From Selaginella moellendorffii (Eukaryota > Plantae > Lycopodiophyta), in the NCBI RefSeq assembly GCF_000143415.4, contig NW_003314442.1, positions 1 to 64,000 of the forward strand: a DNA stretch of 64,000 bases, in the 5' to 3' direction. The notes under the pieces are model-generated. The model did not search any database. It had not been told where the DNA came from and saw only the letters and a program-made list of their open reading frames with translations. A program made the translations under genes and the position numbers. Numbering within the stretch: position 1 is the stretch's first letter; each line of letters begins with the position of its first letter. Positions 38,516 through 50,349 of this stretch are shown here, in pieces.

Positions 38516-39115
38516 TTATCTTACAATTCTGCAACTCCAAGGCTTGTCCCAGCTGTAATAATAGTAAACATCGCACCTCAGGAACTGGGAGCACCTGTCT
38601 AGCGTAGATTCCCAGAGGCTTGGCACTGCCTTGGGCAGAAATACCTTCACCAAGCCATCGCTACCATGGTAAGTTGCGTTTGCACCAACCGGGTGGTTAG
38701 GGGGAAAAGAAAGCCTGAGCGCGAACTCTTTGGTGTTCGCTCCTCCCCGCTCCAGCCTCCGTGCTTGGCCCTCGTCTTCGTCTTGAATCACGCCAGTGAC
38801 AGACACAATACAGCTCTGTAGCCAGCAAGAGCTTCAGGCTGAACCAGCTCCTCCGCCATGTCAGTAACCAGAAGATCGCACCGCACCCACAGCAGGAAGC
38901 ACAGCACGCTCCTCGCTCTCCGCCTCTTGCTCGTCGAATCCAAATCCCACAACAAGCGGCACAGTTACCCGCAAGAGACCATCGTCAAGCTGGTGGCTGA
39001 TGCGCCCTGCGTCAACGTGCTGCGGGAGGACAAACTTCGGAGCAAACAGCTTGGTGAGCGCACCGCGCTCCTCTCTCCGTGCAACGGAATATGCCTCGTA
39101 GAATTGGCAAACATC
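38516..39115 (-). pseudogene. Frameshifted HSP20/alpha-crystallin-domain gene with two ACD-like units
   Basis: First unit KFVLPQHVDAGRISHQLDDGLLRVTVP. Second unit, in another frame, EFALRLSFP...ATYHGSDGLVKVFLPK. Stops and frameshifts lie between and upstream. Confidence 0.6.
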
Positions 39116-39158
39116 GGCTAGGTTTTATGAATGGTCTAGGGCTGTTTGAGAGCTTGCG

Positions 39159-40689
39159 ATGGTGATCCTACTAGGCATGTTGCTGCTGATTGTGCTGGCG
39201 ATGCTGCACCCGCCGCCTAAGCATCGCAATGTGTGGGCTACTGCCACCTGGATCCTCTTCCTTGTGGGTAAGTTAAATCTTTTTCAATGCTTATAGATTG
39301 CTGCCATTCGACATTGCTGATGCTGTTTATTTTAGTGGGCATTTTGATTTTTCTTGCTCTGTGGGAGAGATATGGACACTTTGAGGAAGTATTTTCTCCT
39401 GTCGTGATTCTAGAAAACTGGTTTGCAGTCAAGAAGGGCACTAGTTCTGCGTTACCTTGGAGATTGCCCTCTTATGGAAATCGTCGAGGCTTACTAATAG
39501 TGGTCAACGATGAGAATATCACTAGATGCACTGATGATGCTGCTGACATTGAGATGTTACGCCACGAGTCTTTTGGATACACTGAAGTCTAGCTCCTGTC
39601 CGGTATCGTTACTGGTTTATGATTGTTTGCGTCTCTTTACTTTACATGGTTGGTTTTTGTTAGGTCCGAGCACTAGACGTGCTTATTTTGCAATCAAAAA
39701 GTTCATCACAAGTGGAGTTACTGGAGATCGGCTTTTCTTCTTCTTTTGTGGACATGGTTTGGAGAGCCTTCTTGATATGAATGGTGATGAACTTGATGGC
39801 AACAATGAAGCAATTTGCTTCTCAAATGGACTTCAGTTTATCCAAAGGACTTGTGGAGTAGCATCTCAATGTCAGCAACGTCATCAGTGCATCCAGTGAT
39901 ATTCTCATCATTAACCGTTATTAGTAGGCCTCGACGATCTTTATAAAAAGGCAATCTCCAGGGTAACGCGGAATCAGTGCCCTTCTTGACCGCAAACTAG
40001 TTTTCTAAAGTCACGACGGGAGAAAACGCTTCCTCAAAGTGTCCCTATCTCTCCCACAGAGCAAGAAGAATCGAAATGCTCACTAGAATAAATAGCATCA
40101 GCAATGTTGAATGGCAGCAATCTATAAGCATCGAAAAAGATTTGGGTATGCTTTTTCATTTATTCTTCTGTTATGTTTTTTGGTCATGATTTTGTTTGTA
40201 TGTAGGTGCTCATAGATGATATTCTACATAAGATAATGGTAGAAGATCTTCAACCTGGTGTCCAGCTAACTGCTGTGCTTAACGAATGCCACAGCGGCAC
40301 GATGCTTGATTTGCCTTTCCAGACAACAGGGAAAAGATGGATGAAGGCTTCAAATCAAGTTTCAACTCTGCTGCAAGCAAAGGTTTTCTTCAAAACGACT
40401 GTTACCTCAATTGCAGCGTGCCTGGATCACGAGATAACTTTGTTTGTAAGTTTCTTTTGCCCATTGTTTGATTTGTTCTCTCAGTTTCTGTTATTCTTTT
40501 CAGTATCAAACTCAGAGACACAGTCTTTTCACTCTCGATTTCACCAAATCCATTCGTGAAGGAGCAAACACGTACAAGCTACTCCTTGAGAGTATGCACA
40601 AGAAGCAGCAAGAAGCTGGATTAAGGAATAGCACAATCAATATATGTGCAACTGAGCCGTTTTCTCTTGATCAGGTACTTGTGTTGTAG
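39159..40689 (+). pseudogene. Type I-like metacaspase with hydrophobic N-terminus; disrupted
   Basis: RRGLLI, LFFFFCGHG (catalytic His), DELDG..EAIC, LTAVLNECHSGTMLDLPF (catalytic Cys) and a p10-like end. In-frame TAG at 39590 and an inverted insertion at 39829-40143. Confidence 0.8.
39275..40143. repeat. Inverted repeat: 315-bp arms 39275-39589 and 39829-40143, 239-bp spacer
   Basis: The arms align as reverse complements, e.g. ACTAGATGCACTGATGATGCTGCTGACATTGAGATG vs CATCTCAATGTCAGCAACGTCATCAGTGCATCCAGT. Roughly 85% identity by eye. Confidence 0.92.
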
Positions 40690-40992
40690 CCTCTGAATGA
40701 AGTTCTGCTGGCGTTAATAAAGTTTACTGACTTTCCATTCGTATGGCGTTCTGGTGCAATATAAAAACATGATGCTTTCATATAGGAATGTCGTTTCCAT
40801 GTCGGAGATGACGAGAGGAGGCCACTGCTGCCACGGACAGACCCGCAGAGCTTCTTAAGCGCTACTGAAAGCAATGAAAGAATACGGGAGCTTCCAGATT
40901 GGATACACCAAGGCAATTTTTGTGAGAGTAGAGTGCAGTGTCAGTACACGGGTAAGAAAGTGGAAAGCAAAAGCTCCGTCGGGATTTGAAAA

Positions 40993-42105
40993 ACGTTAAC
41001 ATTTAGGTCGGATTGCTTGGAAGGAGCGAGGAGCGCAGAGGATGGCGACGCGTCAGGCTCCTCGACATGTCGAGTGCCGCCGCTTCTTCTTGTCCCGTTG
41101 TTATGGAGGACGACGATCCGCCACCGGAAATGGGGATCTCGAGGTAGGCAAAATTTGCAGACTTTTCCCTGGATCCCTCTAGATGTCAGGGTCGAGGACG
41201 CTCCAGTTGTAGCTCCCGTTCCTCCTGGTCGAAAAATTAAGAAGTACCGTAATCTGAGGAAGAGTCTTGGCCTTTCTCACTGGCGAATGCGAAATTTTCG
41301 TGCTGTGCACCTAAATTTTACATCGGCGTTTTGGATCCGGACGAGCTTCCCATACCAACGCGATCATCACCCAAGAAGCTGCCGGAGCTACCCACTCTTG
41401 AAGTAAAGTCCAGTTTACACGACGAGTGCAACACAAGCGTGGAGAAGAATTCCAACAGGGACAGTTTGCGGGAGACATGTTTTTCCGAAAGATTCGACAG
41501 CCGTTCCAAGCCGCTTGGTATGTTTTCTCGTTCCTCGCTGTATGAGACTCATGTTCTTTTTACTTGTTCTTAGACATATCGATCATGGAAGAGTCTGCTC
41601 GAGACACTTCTGTAAGTTTGGAGCTTTATTTGTATGCCAAGGCCTATACCTCTAAGTCCAGTTGTGCTCCTGCAAAAACAGCGATAGAATCTGCTATACA
41701 AAAGGACACTCGGGTACGACTTCCCATTACATTCACATATCCTTTTACAGCTTCGTTCTTGTGATTTTTTCGATCAAACTTCCTGTAGCACTTCACACAG
41801 ACGAGAGAAAGACTATTCCTCGTCCATTAAAGCTGCAAAAGGAATCCAACTTGAGTAACCTCCGTTTCTAGGAGAGTTCAAGATACACTTCTTCCAGGTT
41901 CGCACTCATCATGAATATGTATTGGTTATTGATGGCTTCGTCTGGCACAGGGCGTCTTGATCCGTTCACAGCAGAAAGATCCTCGGCAGTGCGTTTGTCC
42001 AGCGACGTGGAGCCGAGCTGCTCGTTGCAATCCTGCTCAGTATCCGACGCTCATGATGAGATTTGGACACGGGATACGTTTCGAGTTTGAAGAAGGATCA
42101 GACAA
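40993..42105 (+). pseudogene. Degenerate inverted duplicate of the 5' part of the gene at 52855-54965
   Basis: Matches the reverse complement of ~53726-55041 with introns retained and many short deletions. It shares DPDELPIPTRSSPKKLPELPTLEVK. Confidence 0.92.
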
Positions 42106-42709
42106 GTAAGAAGATGGATTCTGATTTTCTTATCGTTCTCAAAATCTGGTTCCAGGTGGTGGATGCTCTCGAATTAAGCCGAAGAATCCAGAGAAAGATA
42201 AAGCAGAACTTATGCTGGGCATTCATGTACAACATAGTTAAGTGGCTATTTTGGTTCTTTTTGTTAAAACTTTCCAGTGCTGTTTGTTGACAGATTGGTT
42301 TGCCAATAGCTGCGGGGGCTCTTGTTCCAGCCACCAGAGTGATGCTCACGCCGTCACTGGCGGGTGCTCTCATGGGATTGAGCTCGCTGGGAGTGGTGAC
42401 TAATTCGCTCCTGCTTCACTGGGAATACTTTGTTCACGTGGACAAGCATCGCAGTAAAGCACCACTCGGAGCGAGCGATAGCATTGCCATTGTTACTTCA
42501 TGATTCGTTCAACTTTCACATTCTTCACGAACTCAGTGAGTTTTGAGGAAGAAAAACTGCGATTCTTTACTCATCGTTATCTTACAATTCTAGTAGAGGA
42601 TGCAACTCCAAGGCTTGTCCCGGTTGTAATAATAGTAAACATCGCGCCTCAAGAACTGGGAGCACCTGTCTAGCGTAGATTCCCAGAGGCTTGGCACTGC
42701 CTTGGGCAG
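42103..42709 (+). repeat. Near-identical direct duplicate of the PAA1 3' end and downstream DNA (~38039-38639)
   Basis: Same last two PAA1 exons. It differs by a 3-nt intron deletion, a 10-nt insertion near 42591 and a few SNPs. Confidence 0.95.
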
Positions 42710-45700
42710 AGTCACAGAGCCAATCCCAACTCCATAACCAAAGAGTGTAGATGGTTCCTCTAAAGAGATTTTATTCCTCTATTATATTTTGCAATAAAGA
42801 ATCCCTACTCTATAAATTAATTAATTAATTAAAATTAATTATTTTATGGATTAAGAAACCTTGGATCTGCTCAAAAACCCAAGAACACTCTATATTGGCA
42901 ATTTCTTTAATCACTAAAATTTATCTTGCTAAAACTATATCCTTAACATGGCTGGCTTTCTAGCATAGTGGTTGATTGTAATGTGGTAGGGCTAGTGATG
43001 ACTTATGTGCTATCACCAAAGGTAATTACCTTTTTGGGAAAAAATGCTTTTGCTTACAAATAAACAAGCTCCTCAGAAAATTTTACATGCCGATAAATTA
43101 AGAAAAAGGAAATCAAAATAAAAGGAGAATTTTTTTATCTTTGATGAGCTAAATGATAAGGTAAATGGTTATAAATTTCATGTAAACCATTTACTTTCCC
43201 CAAAACCTTAATTACAAACTAATTAAAGAACAGTTTAAGAGCAGTAAATCATGATTATATACTTAGAATATCTTTCACAGATCCTGGTAATTGCCCCAAG
43301 CATGAATGACTAAATCTACACTCAAGAACAATATTGCTTTGAAGTAGGTGTGATTCATTAAATGAAAAATGCTTATCACATAATGAGAAATCTCAAGTAT
43401 AAAGATCATATAGCCTAATTGACTATAGGTTGAAGAAGTGATAACCCTCTTCAAATCTTGCTGTAAGCTCATTGTAGATGCAATGAAGAATAGAGTCATG
43501 GCTCCAAAGACAACACAATTAACAAATTAGGCATATAGACAACACCAAATCAAGCCTTAGCTATAAGGATCTACCACCAGAGTTAGTGAGTGTGATTGAG
43601 TGGTTGTTGGAGGTTGGGATCAAGTTGGATTGGAGTTGGCTTGTGGATTAATGGCTCCACTATATAGTTATAACATTCAAAGGGTTGATTTTATCTATCT
43701 TTTGCAAGGGTCTCTAGTGAATTTTATAGGAATACTTGGAGACAAAGGCATTCCATCCTCAGCTGGCAATCTAGGGATATTAGGAAGATATGCCATTACC
43801 TTAGGTATATAAAACCCAACTTATGGTGACTCAAGTTTGGCTGCAAGAGGAGATCTCTCTATGATCCAAGAGATGCAAGGCGAGCTAATGGAGCTAGCTA
43901 GTAGAGAGACTATGCAACAGGTCATTGATGTACAACAACTTTGTGATGAGAAACAGAAGTTATTGGAGGTTGTGTAGCATTTGGTGAAGGCACACTAATA
44001 GCAAGGATTGGAATTTGAATAGCGGATTGTGGAATCAACACTTGATATAAAAATGCATTAGCAAAGTTTCAGAAGAATAATTAGATTTTAGAGGAGAGCT
44101 GTGCATTACAGGAGCTCATGACATGGCAGCATTGGACAGCTATAAATGCAAGGAAGCTAAATCAAGTTATCTAGATCCTTAAAAGAGTTGCAAGCAAAGA
44201 CTTGCAACAAAAGTAGAGGATCTCGAAGCTCGAGAAACAGGTACAATGTTCCTTAGTGCCAAAGGATATAAAACTTACCAAGAGGCATAGAAGGATGCAA
44301 TAGGAGAAAAGGAGTTTAAATAGGAATTTAAGGAGTTCATCAAAGAGGAGTTAGACCTGAGTGAGGATTTAGAGGACACCATCAGCAAGCTAAAAAGCAA
44401 GGATGAAGACATTTGAGAGGATGCAAAAACTTTGGAAGACAACCAAGAATCAAGTGTAGGAGATGGAGTCACCTACTAAGTAGGTGGTAAAGACAAGAGT
44501 AGGGGAAGCCAACATCAAAAGAGTGCTAAAATGAAAGGAATTTGGGATGGAGCAAAAGATTTTTGTAGAGGAACAAGTATAAGGATCTCTTACTTCAGCT
44601 TAAGGAGAAGTGATAAAGAAGGTTTTAGGAAGTGCTAGTGGGTTGACATTGAAGGTTCAATTATTGCTGAGGATTGTTGGAATTTCAGTGGAGTGCTAAA
44701 GATGTAGCAAGGATAGAATTCACTTACTACCATAAAGGATGAATATGGGAGTATTAGTAGAAAAGTATAGGCTTGGGCAAGACCCAAAGAAGTAATATGC
44801 AATAGCATTGCATTCTAGGTGGTGGTAGGGCAGAATAGCTATGCTATGCAAACCTTAGAAGCAGTCAAAGTTATGTTTTGATTAATGTAGTATTTAGGGT
44901 GTAACATAGAGATGCATGGATATTCTTTAGGAGTCATGGGAGGGGAATTTACACTAAAAGACAATAAAGATCTGGGTATTATAAATAGCTCTTTAGCATT
45001 TGTTCTAATCAATTATACTTAAGTTTCTTAATAGTGTTATTTCTTGGATGTGCATTACCATGCCTCTAACATCACCTTAAACTTTATTATATCAAGATCC
45101 TAACTACTATCTTTACCTCTATGTCTTTTCTATGATTAAAGATATTGGTCAACTTTTCAATAGTTCCATTTCTATAGTTTATTTATTTTCTTGGGTGGCA
45201 GCTCTAATTTAAAAAATAACTTTTAGCTAGTGAGCTGCAACAAATAAGCAACTTATTACCCTTGAGACATCAGCCATGCAGATCTAAGTTATAGCTCAAT
45301 ATTGTAACTAATAACATCTACAAGTTGAGTCATAGAGCAATTATTTATTTAGTTTTTTTCTTTTAGTACATTTTGGAAAAAAAATTCTCAATATTTCTAT
45401 TTCAGTGTAATTCTAAAATAGTGTGTAAACACATAGCTTATTTATATTACTGTAAGTTTTTTTATAGCATTAATACACCGGTCACTATCTTAATTATAAA
45501 CAAGAGAGACAAAAAGAGAAAACTCAAACCTGATGACCTTTTCTTTATTTAAAATAGAAACAAATGAAGTAAAAGCTTGTGTTGTAGTCAATAAAATCAA
45601 CTTGTTTGACTTCAAACAATGTCTAAATACATTGCAAAGCATCTCTTTCAAAATGTTCTTGAATCCATTAGCTATAGAGTAATAAAAGTTGTAAACCATG

Positions 45701-46560
45701 AGCATAAAATATATTTACATTTATGTTGCATACCTAGTTTTTGCATTTTGTTACTTATCTTCAGCTGCAAAACCCATTATACTATTTAAATCTACCATAA
45801 AGGGTATTTTCAGCTATGTGGATTTTAGCTTTGTAGAAATTACTCTCCAAAAATCTTGTAACTAAGACACTTGTGGATATAATTGATTGATAAGATACAA
45901 AGGAATTATGACATCTCAACAACTTTTTTGCACTATATTATTTTCCTTTGAGAGAAATTTGTTGCCACACATAGTCTTTGTATTTGCAAGATTCACATTT
46001 TGCTTCAAATCTTGAAAAACAAATTGTTACTAGAAGAAAAAGTGGTTTAAAGATTTACAGGATGTGAGTTGTCAATTTAAAACCAGCCTCTAATCTGTTT
46101 ATTAATAGACAAGTAAGACATTTTACTATATACATATCCTGATAAAATTCTCAGCAATCATCCGGAATAAATGTTCAAGTGACTGTCTTTTGCCATCATC
46201 AATAACATCAGTAATAATAGTCATACCAATAGCATTTGCAAGTTTAAAAATACTATCACCCTAAAGATGGATGAAGTAGGTGCATCGTCAAAATAGAATT
46301 CTCACATGAATATTTCAAAACTAAACATAGAATTAGCAAGGATCCTAGCTCCACTGGGAGAAGTATAATCACAAACACACAACCAGCAATGTGAACATAG
46401 ATTTGCAATTAATCTTAGAGTTTCCACAATTTGCCAATCTCTAAATAGGCCAACTCTTTCTTCTATGACACATGCAATACAAAGGGTAGTTCTGCCATTG
46501 TCAAAACAAAACCCTATAGTAATGGTTTTATAATAGTTTTTGAGATTAAACACAAACCAC
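42710..46560. mobile_element. AT-rich degenerate repeat/TE-like region
   Basis: Abrupt drop in GC, CpG depletion and stop-riddled coiled-coil-like remnants (43800-44900). No diagnostic domain recognised. Confidence 0.45.
43275..43499 (-). pseudogene. nad5: Mitochondrial nad5-derived fragment
   Basis: [20 protein letters not shown]...[23 protein letters not shown]...QDL matches the plant Nad5 motif NDLKRVIAYSTCSQLGYM...[30 protein letters not shown]. Confidence 0.85.
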
Positions 46561-47838
46561 TTCAAGTTGAGTCCTGGAACGTAAAGACATACTCACACTT
46601 AAAAGGCTTGCTTGGATCAGGATTGTGCTGCTTCCCTTTGGGAGTACAAAGTACCCAGCCTTAATGGCCAATGGTTCACTATTAAGCTGTCAGATCAAGG
46701 TTTATTATTTGTGAGAATATTATCACAAGTTGCTATATCATCCTACATGGCCTGTAGATGTTCTCCAGAACATGTATTGCCCACCCATGTGGAAGTCATG
46801 TTCTCAAGAACATATACGACTAATCAACAATTTGTACACATGGCAATGTTAATTCAACCGACTTAAACCTCTAATTACAGATTGCTGCGTGTACTGCTTC
46901 AATGGGCTCGCCACAGGACTGTTAAGGTAGGCTTGAAATGAGCAAGAGAGTGAACCCTAGGCCAACCTCCTAACCCTTAAGGCGTTATGGCCTATAATCC
47001 CACAGGCCATGGAATATTCTTGGAATATTCATGTGGTTTGTTGGGATACCAAGATTAGTGGGGATAAAACATCCTTGATTGGAACTCACACCACTTAAAA
47101 TGCTTGCTATCACCATTGTGTTGTTTCCCTTTGGGTGGAGGCCGAGCTGAGTCCAATCATGGCCAAGTTTGTTCCAATGTTTATAACACAACATTCTATT
47201 GGTCCTCGAATTGCAGCACAGGAGGAAGTGCCCAAAGAATACCATGACAACATCATTCTCATCACTTATACATCCTGCAACTACTGGGTCTCCATTGGGA
47301 TTCGCTACTGTTTCTGCAACACAATGAACTGGTGGCACTATTGTCCTAATTTGGCATTTCCATTGAAGCCCACACAAACGTAGGAGTTTTGGGGAGTTGA
47401 AGTGAGGCAGAATTAATTGATCTACTGAGTGCTAAAAATACTGAGAACAATGAGCACAAAACAGCAATCGGTTAAAGAGAGGGACAGATAATATAGCTTC
47501 CTGATACTCCGATTTGGATATTTGAGCATCCAATTACCTTCTTCTCATGGGGGATGCACATGTATGGCACATAGGATACATGGGATGGGGCCACCATTAT
47601 TGGAATTCCACGTGGTATATTCTATATAGAGCACGCCATTCCGCTAGAAAATGCATGCAGAACACTCTCCACCAATCCAATCCGGATTTAATTGCCATCT
47701 GGGAGGGATACAAAATCCGAGCTCATCTCCGCAGATCCATGGATTGGCGAGGATTGGCAAAGGTCGGAGACTGCTTGCGGGACCACTGGGAGGAGAATAT
47801 TTTTGACAGGAAGCTCGTGGAGGCCACCACCTTTGACA

Positions 47839-48639
47839 TCATTCCTGGAGAGCCGCAAGGAGTTCCCTCTCCAAGCTCTGGTTTTCCAGCTGCAGTGCCT
47901 TGACCTCGTGTTGCAACTGGTGCATTGCCCGCATCCAGTCCCTGGCCACGCCCACTTGCTCCTCCGCGCGCCGCTTGATCCACTCGTTCTCCCGCACTTG
48001 GTCTTGCACCTCGCCCTTCACCCCCGCCAGGTACTCCTCGCTCCTCGTCGCTGCTTCCACAGCGCTGTCCAGCCGCTTGAGCACCATCTCCAGCTGCGCA
48101 TACCATCGAATATTGAGTTTCATCGCAATGCTCAATATCACAGACCTCGCTCGCGGTCTGGCGCAATTCCTGCACGGATTCAAGCTGCTGCTGCTCGTCG
48201 CACTTGATCCGCTCCCCTTGCGCTTGCTGCTGCTGGAGCTGGCAAATCTCGAGCGCCACCTCTCTGTCCATTGCATTGCATCTAAGGAGATTTTAAAAGG
48301 AGGAAAAGGAACCTGCGCTCTTGGACGAGCTTGTCTGCCTTGGCTTGGCGACTTCGTAGCTCCTCTTGGGCCAGGGCAGTGTGCAGCTCCATTTTGCCCA
48401 GACCCAGCTTCAGTGCCAGGATCTGGCGTTGGATGCGCCGGAGCTCGCCCTTGCGCTCCTCTACAACCAGCCGCTTGCCACCTTGGAGGGCCGTCTCCTC
48501 CTGCATGGACTCATCACTCGCCCGCAATTCAAAAACTTTCAATCACTAAAAGGAATGCGTTTGTTACATTCAAGCGCTGGAGCTGCGCTTGCCGGGAGCG
48601 GAGCATCTCGTCCAGCCGCGCTTGGAACCCAGCAGCCAT
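47839..48639 (-). CDS. Hypothetical all-coiled-coil protein (~215 aa, four exons)
   Basis: Manual splicing of three GT-AG introns gives MAAGFQARLDEMLRSRQAQLQRLN|EETALQ...VQERR|CNAMDREV...TASE|LEMVLK...LAALQE*. Confidence 0.65.
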
Positions 48640-48686
48640 TTCCTCGCGTCGCGAGCCTACTAGGGCTTTTCAATTTTACACATCAT

Positions 48687-50214
48687 TCATATGTAGAACT
48701 GGCCCTGCTTGGACTGCGCCTTCAAGTCCTTGAGCTTCTTGAGGATTTGCGAGTAGTACTCCTGCAAATACTTCTCCAGGGTGGTGCTCTCGTTGGGATC
48801 CACGCCCAGCAGCGAGTATGTGTCGGCCATTGGTGCAGAGAAAACAGTGTCACTGGTGAGGATCTGTGTCGTCGAACTCACTGCTAAGTTAAATAGAGAC
48901 TTAAAACAGTCACGCACCTCTGAGAATGTGAGCCGGTCTGCCGCATCGTTTGTCCACTGAAAGAAACGAGTGACGAGCCGCGCAAGCTTGAGGATTCCCA
49001 AGGGAACTGTTGTCACCTTGGCGTCCTGTCCTGCCAGCCTCTCGCAAAGACTAATCACCTGGAGAAGGAAAAAGGAAAACAATATCAGAACAGGCAGAGG
49101 ATCAAAACTTGCGTTGCTGTGACCTCTTGTGTCGTCCATGCGCGAGGACCTGCAAATGTGAGCATCTTGCGATCTGCCTTTTTGTTTCTCAGAGCCATGA
49201 GAGTTAGCCGCGCTACATCCTGGTAGAGAAGAATTTATCAAAAAGGAACAGTGCCATACTATAATGCAATCACCTGCGTGTCCATGTACGCAATCCGCGT
49301 AGGAGCATCTGTTCCCCACACTGCTTGGTCCTCGAGGACAGGCACTGCGTACTGCCCGATGAGACCCTGCAACGCAAGCAACATATAATTCTCGTTTGTT
49401 TTTCTTCTTTCACCTGCATGAATCCACACAATCTGATGATTGTGTAGTTGAGACCGGAGTCCGCAATGTACTTCTCGGTGCAACGCTTGATCTCCATGAG
49501 GGGTACCTCCGGATGCTGGTCGCAATTATGGATAGAAAAGAAGATGAACTTCTGGATTCCCATGGCCTTCGCGCATTGGATCAAAGCCACCTTCCCATCC
49601 CAATCAACCTGCAACCAAAAAGAAAAATAAGAACCGCGAGGAGCAGCTAGTATCCACACCGTTCTGATAGGCTCCTCCGGCCGACCGGTTGCACAGTCGA
49701 TGATGGTATGAATTCCCACCAAAGTGGCCGGTAGCGTCTCCGGCTTGCTCAAGTCACCCTGCAAATGATGAGTGAAGAAGCATGATAGCAAAAACGGCAC
49801 ACGTACGTTGACGACGGTGGCACCCCAGTCACGGAGGAAGTCCGCAGGCGCCGGGCGGGGACGGACGAGGCACCTGACATCGTAGCCTTCGTCAAGAGCT
49901 CGACGAACAACCTGCCTACCCAGCGTACCAGTTGCTCCCACAACCAGAACGCTGGTTGCACGTACTCGAGTGCCCGAAGTGGCCGCTACCATTGTCCCAG
50001 CGTCCGCACGAACACTCACTACTCCTCTCGCGCTCCTGCTCCTTGCTCCTTCCTGTGCGACCACACCTCTTCCGCCAATGCTCACCTCGCTAAATTCCCC
50101 TTCTCCCCACAACGAGCAACGCCGAGTTGCAAATACACTTCTCCTCCTCGTCCTCGTCCCACAGTGAGCTCCCAGTCCAGCAGCTGGAGTTGACGGAGCA
50201 CTCGTAGTCGCCAT
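48687..50214 (-). CDS. HCF244: HCF244/Ycf39 atypical short-chain dehydrogenase (PSII assembly)
   Basis: Transit peptide, then LVVGATGTLGRQVVRRALDEGYDVRCLVRPRPAPADFLRDWGA, IDCATGRPEEPI, and C-terminal LEKYLQEYYSQILKKLKDLKAQSKQ. Confidence 0.93.
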
Positions 50215-50349
50215 GATAAGACAAGGAGGAGGGAAGTGCCTGCAACTGAGTAGAGACTTGGATTTCCCTTTCCCTGCACCACGCAATCCACATCCCGAGT
50301 CATCTTAGATTAGAAGTTGACATGCTGATTAACATTATCTTATCTGAGA

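Noticed and set aside
46300-47383. Short ORFs in AT-rich DNA
   Set aside because: No recognisable domain or consistent splice structure; cannot be assigned.
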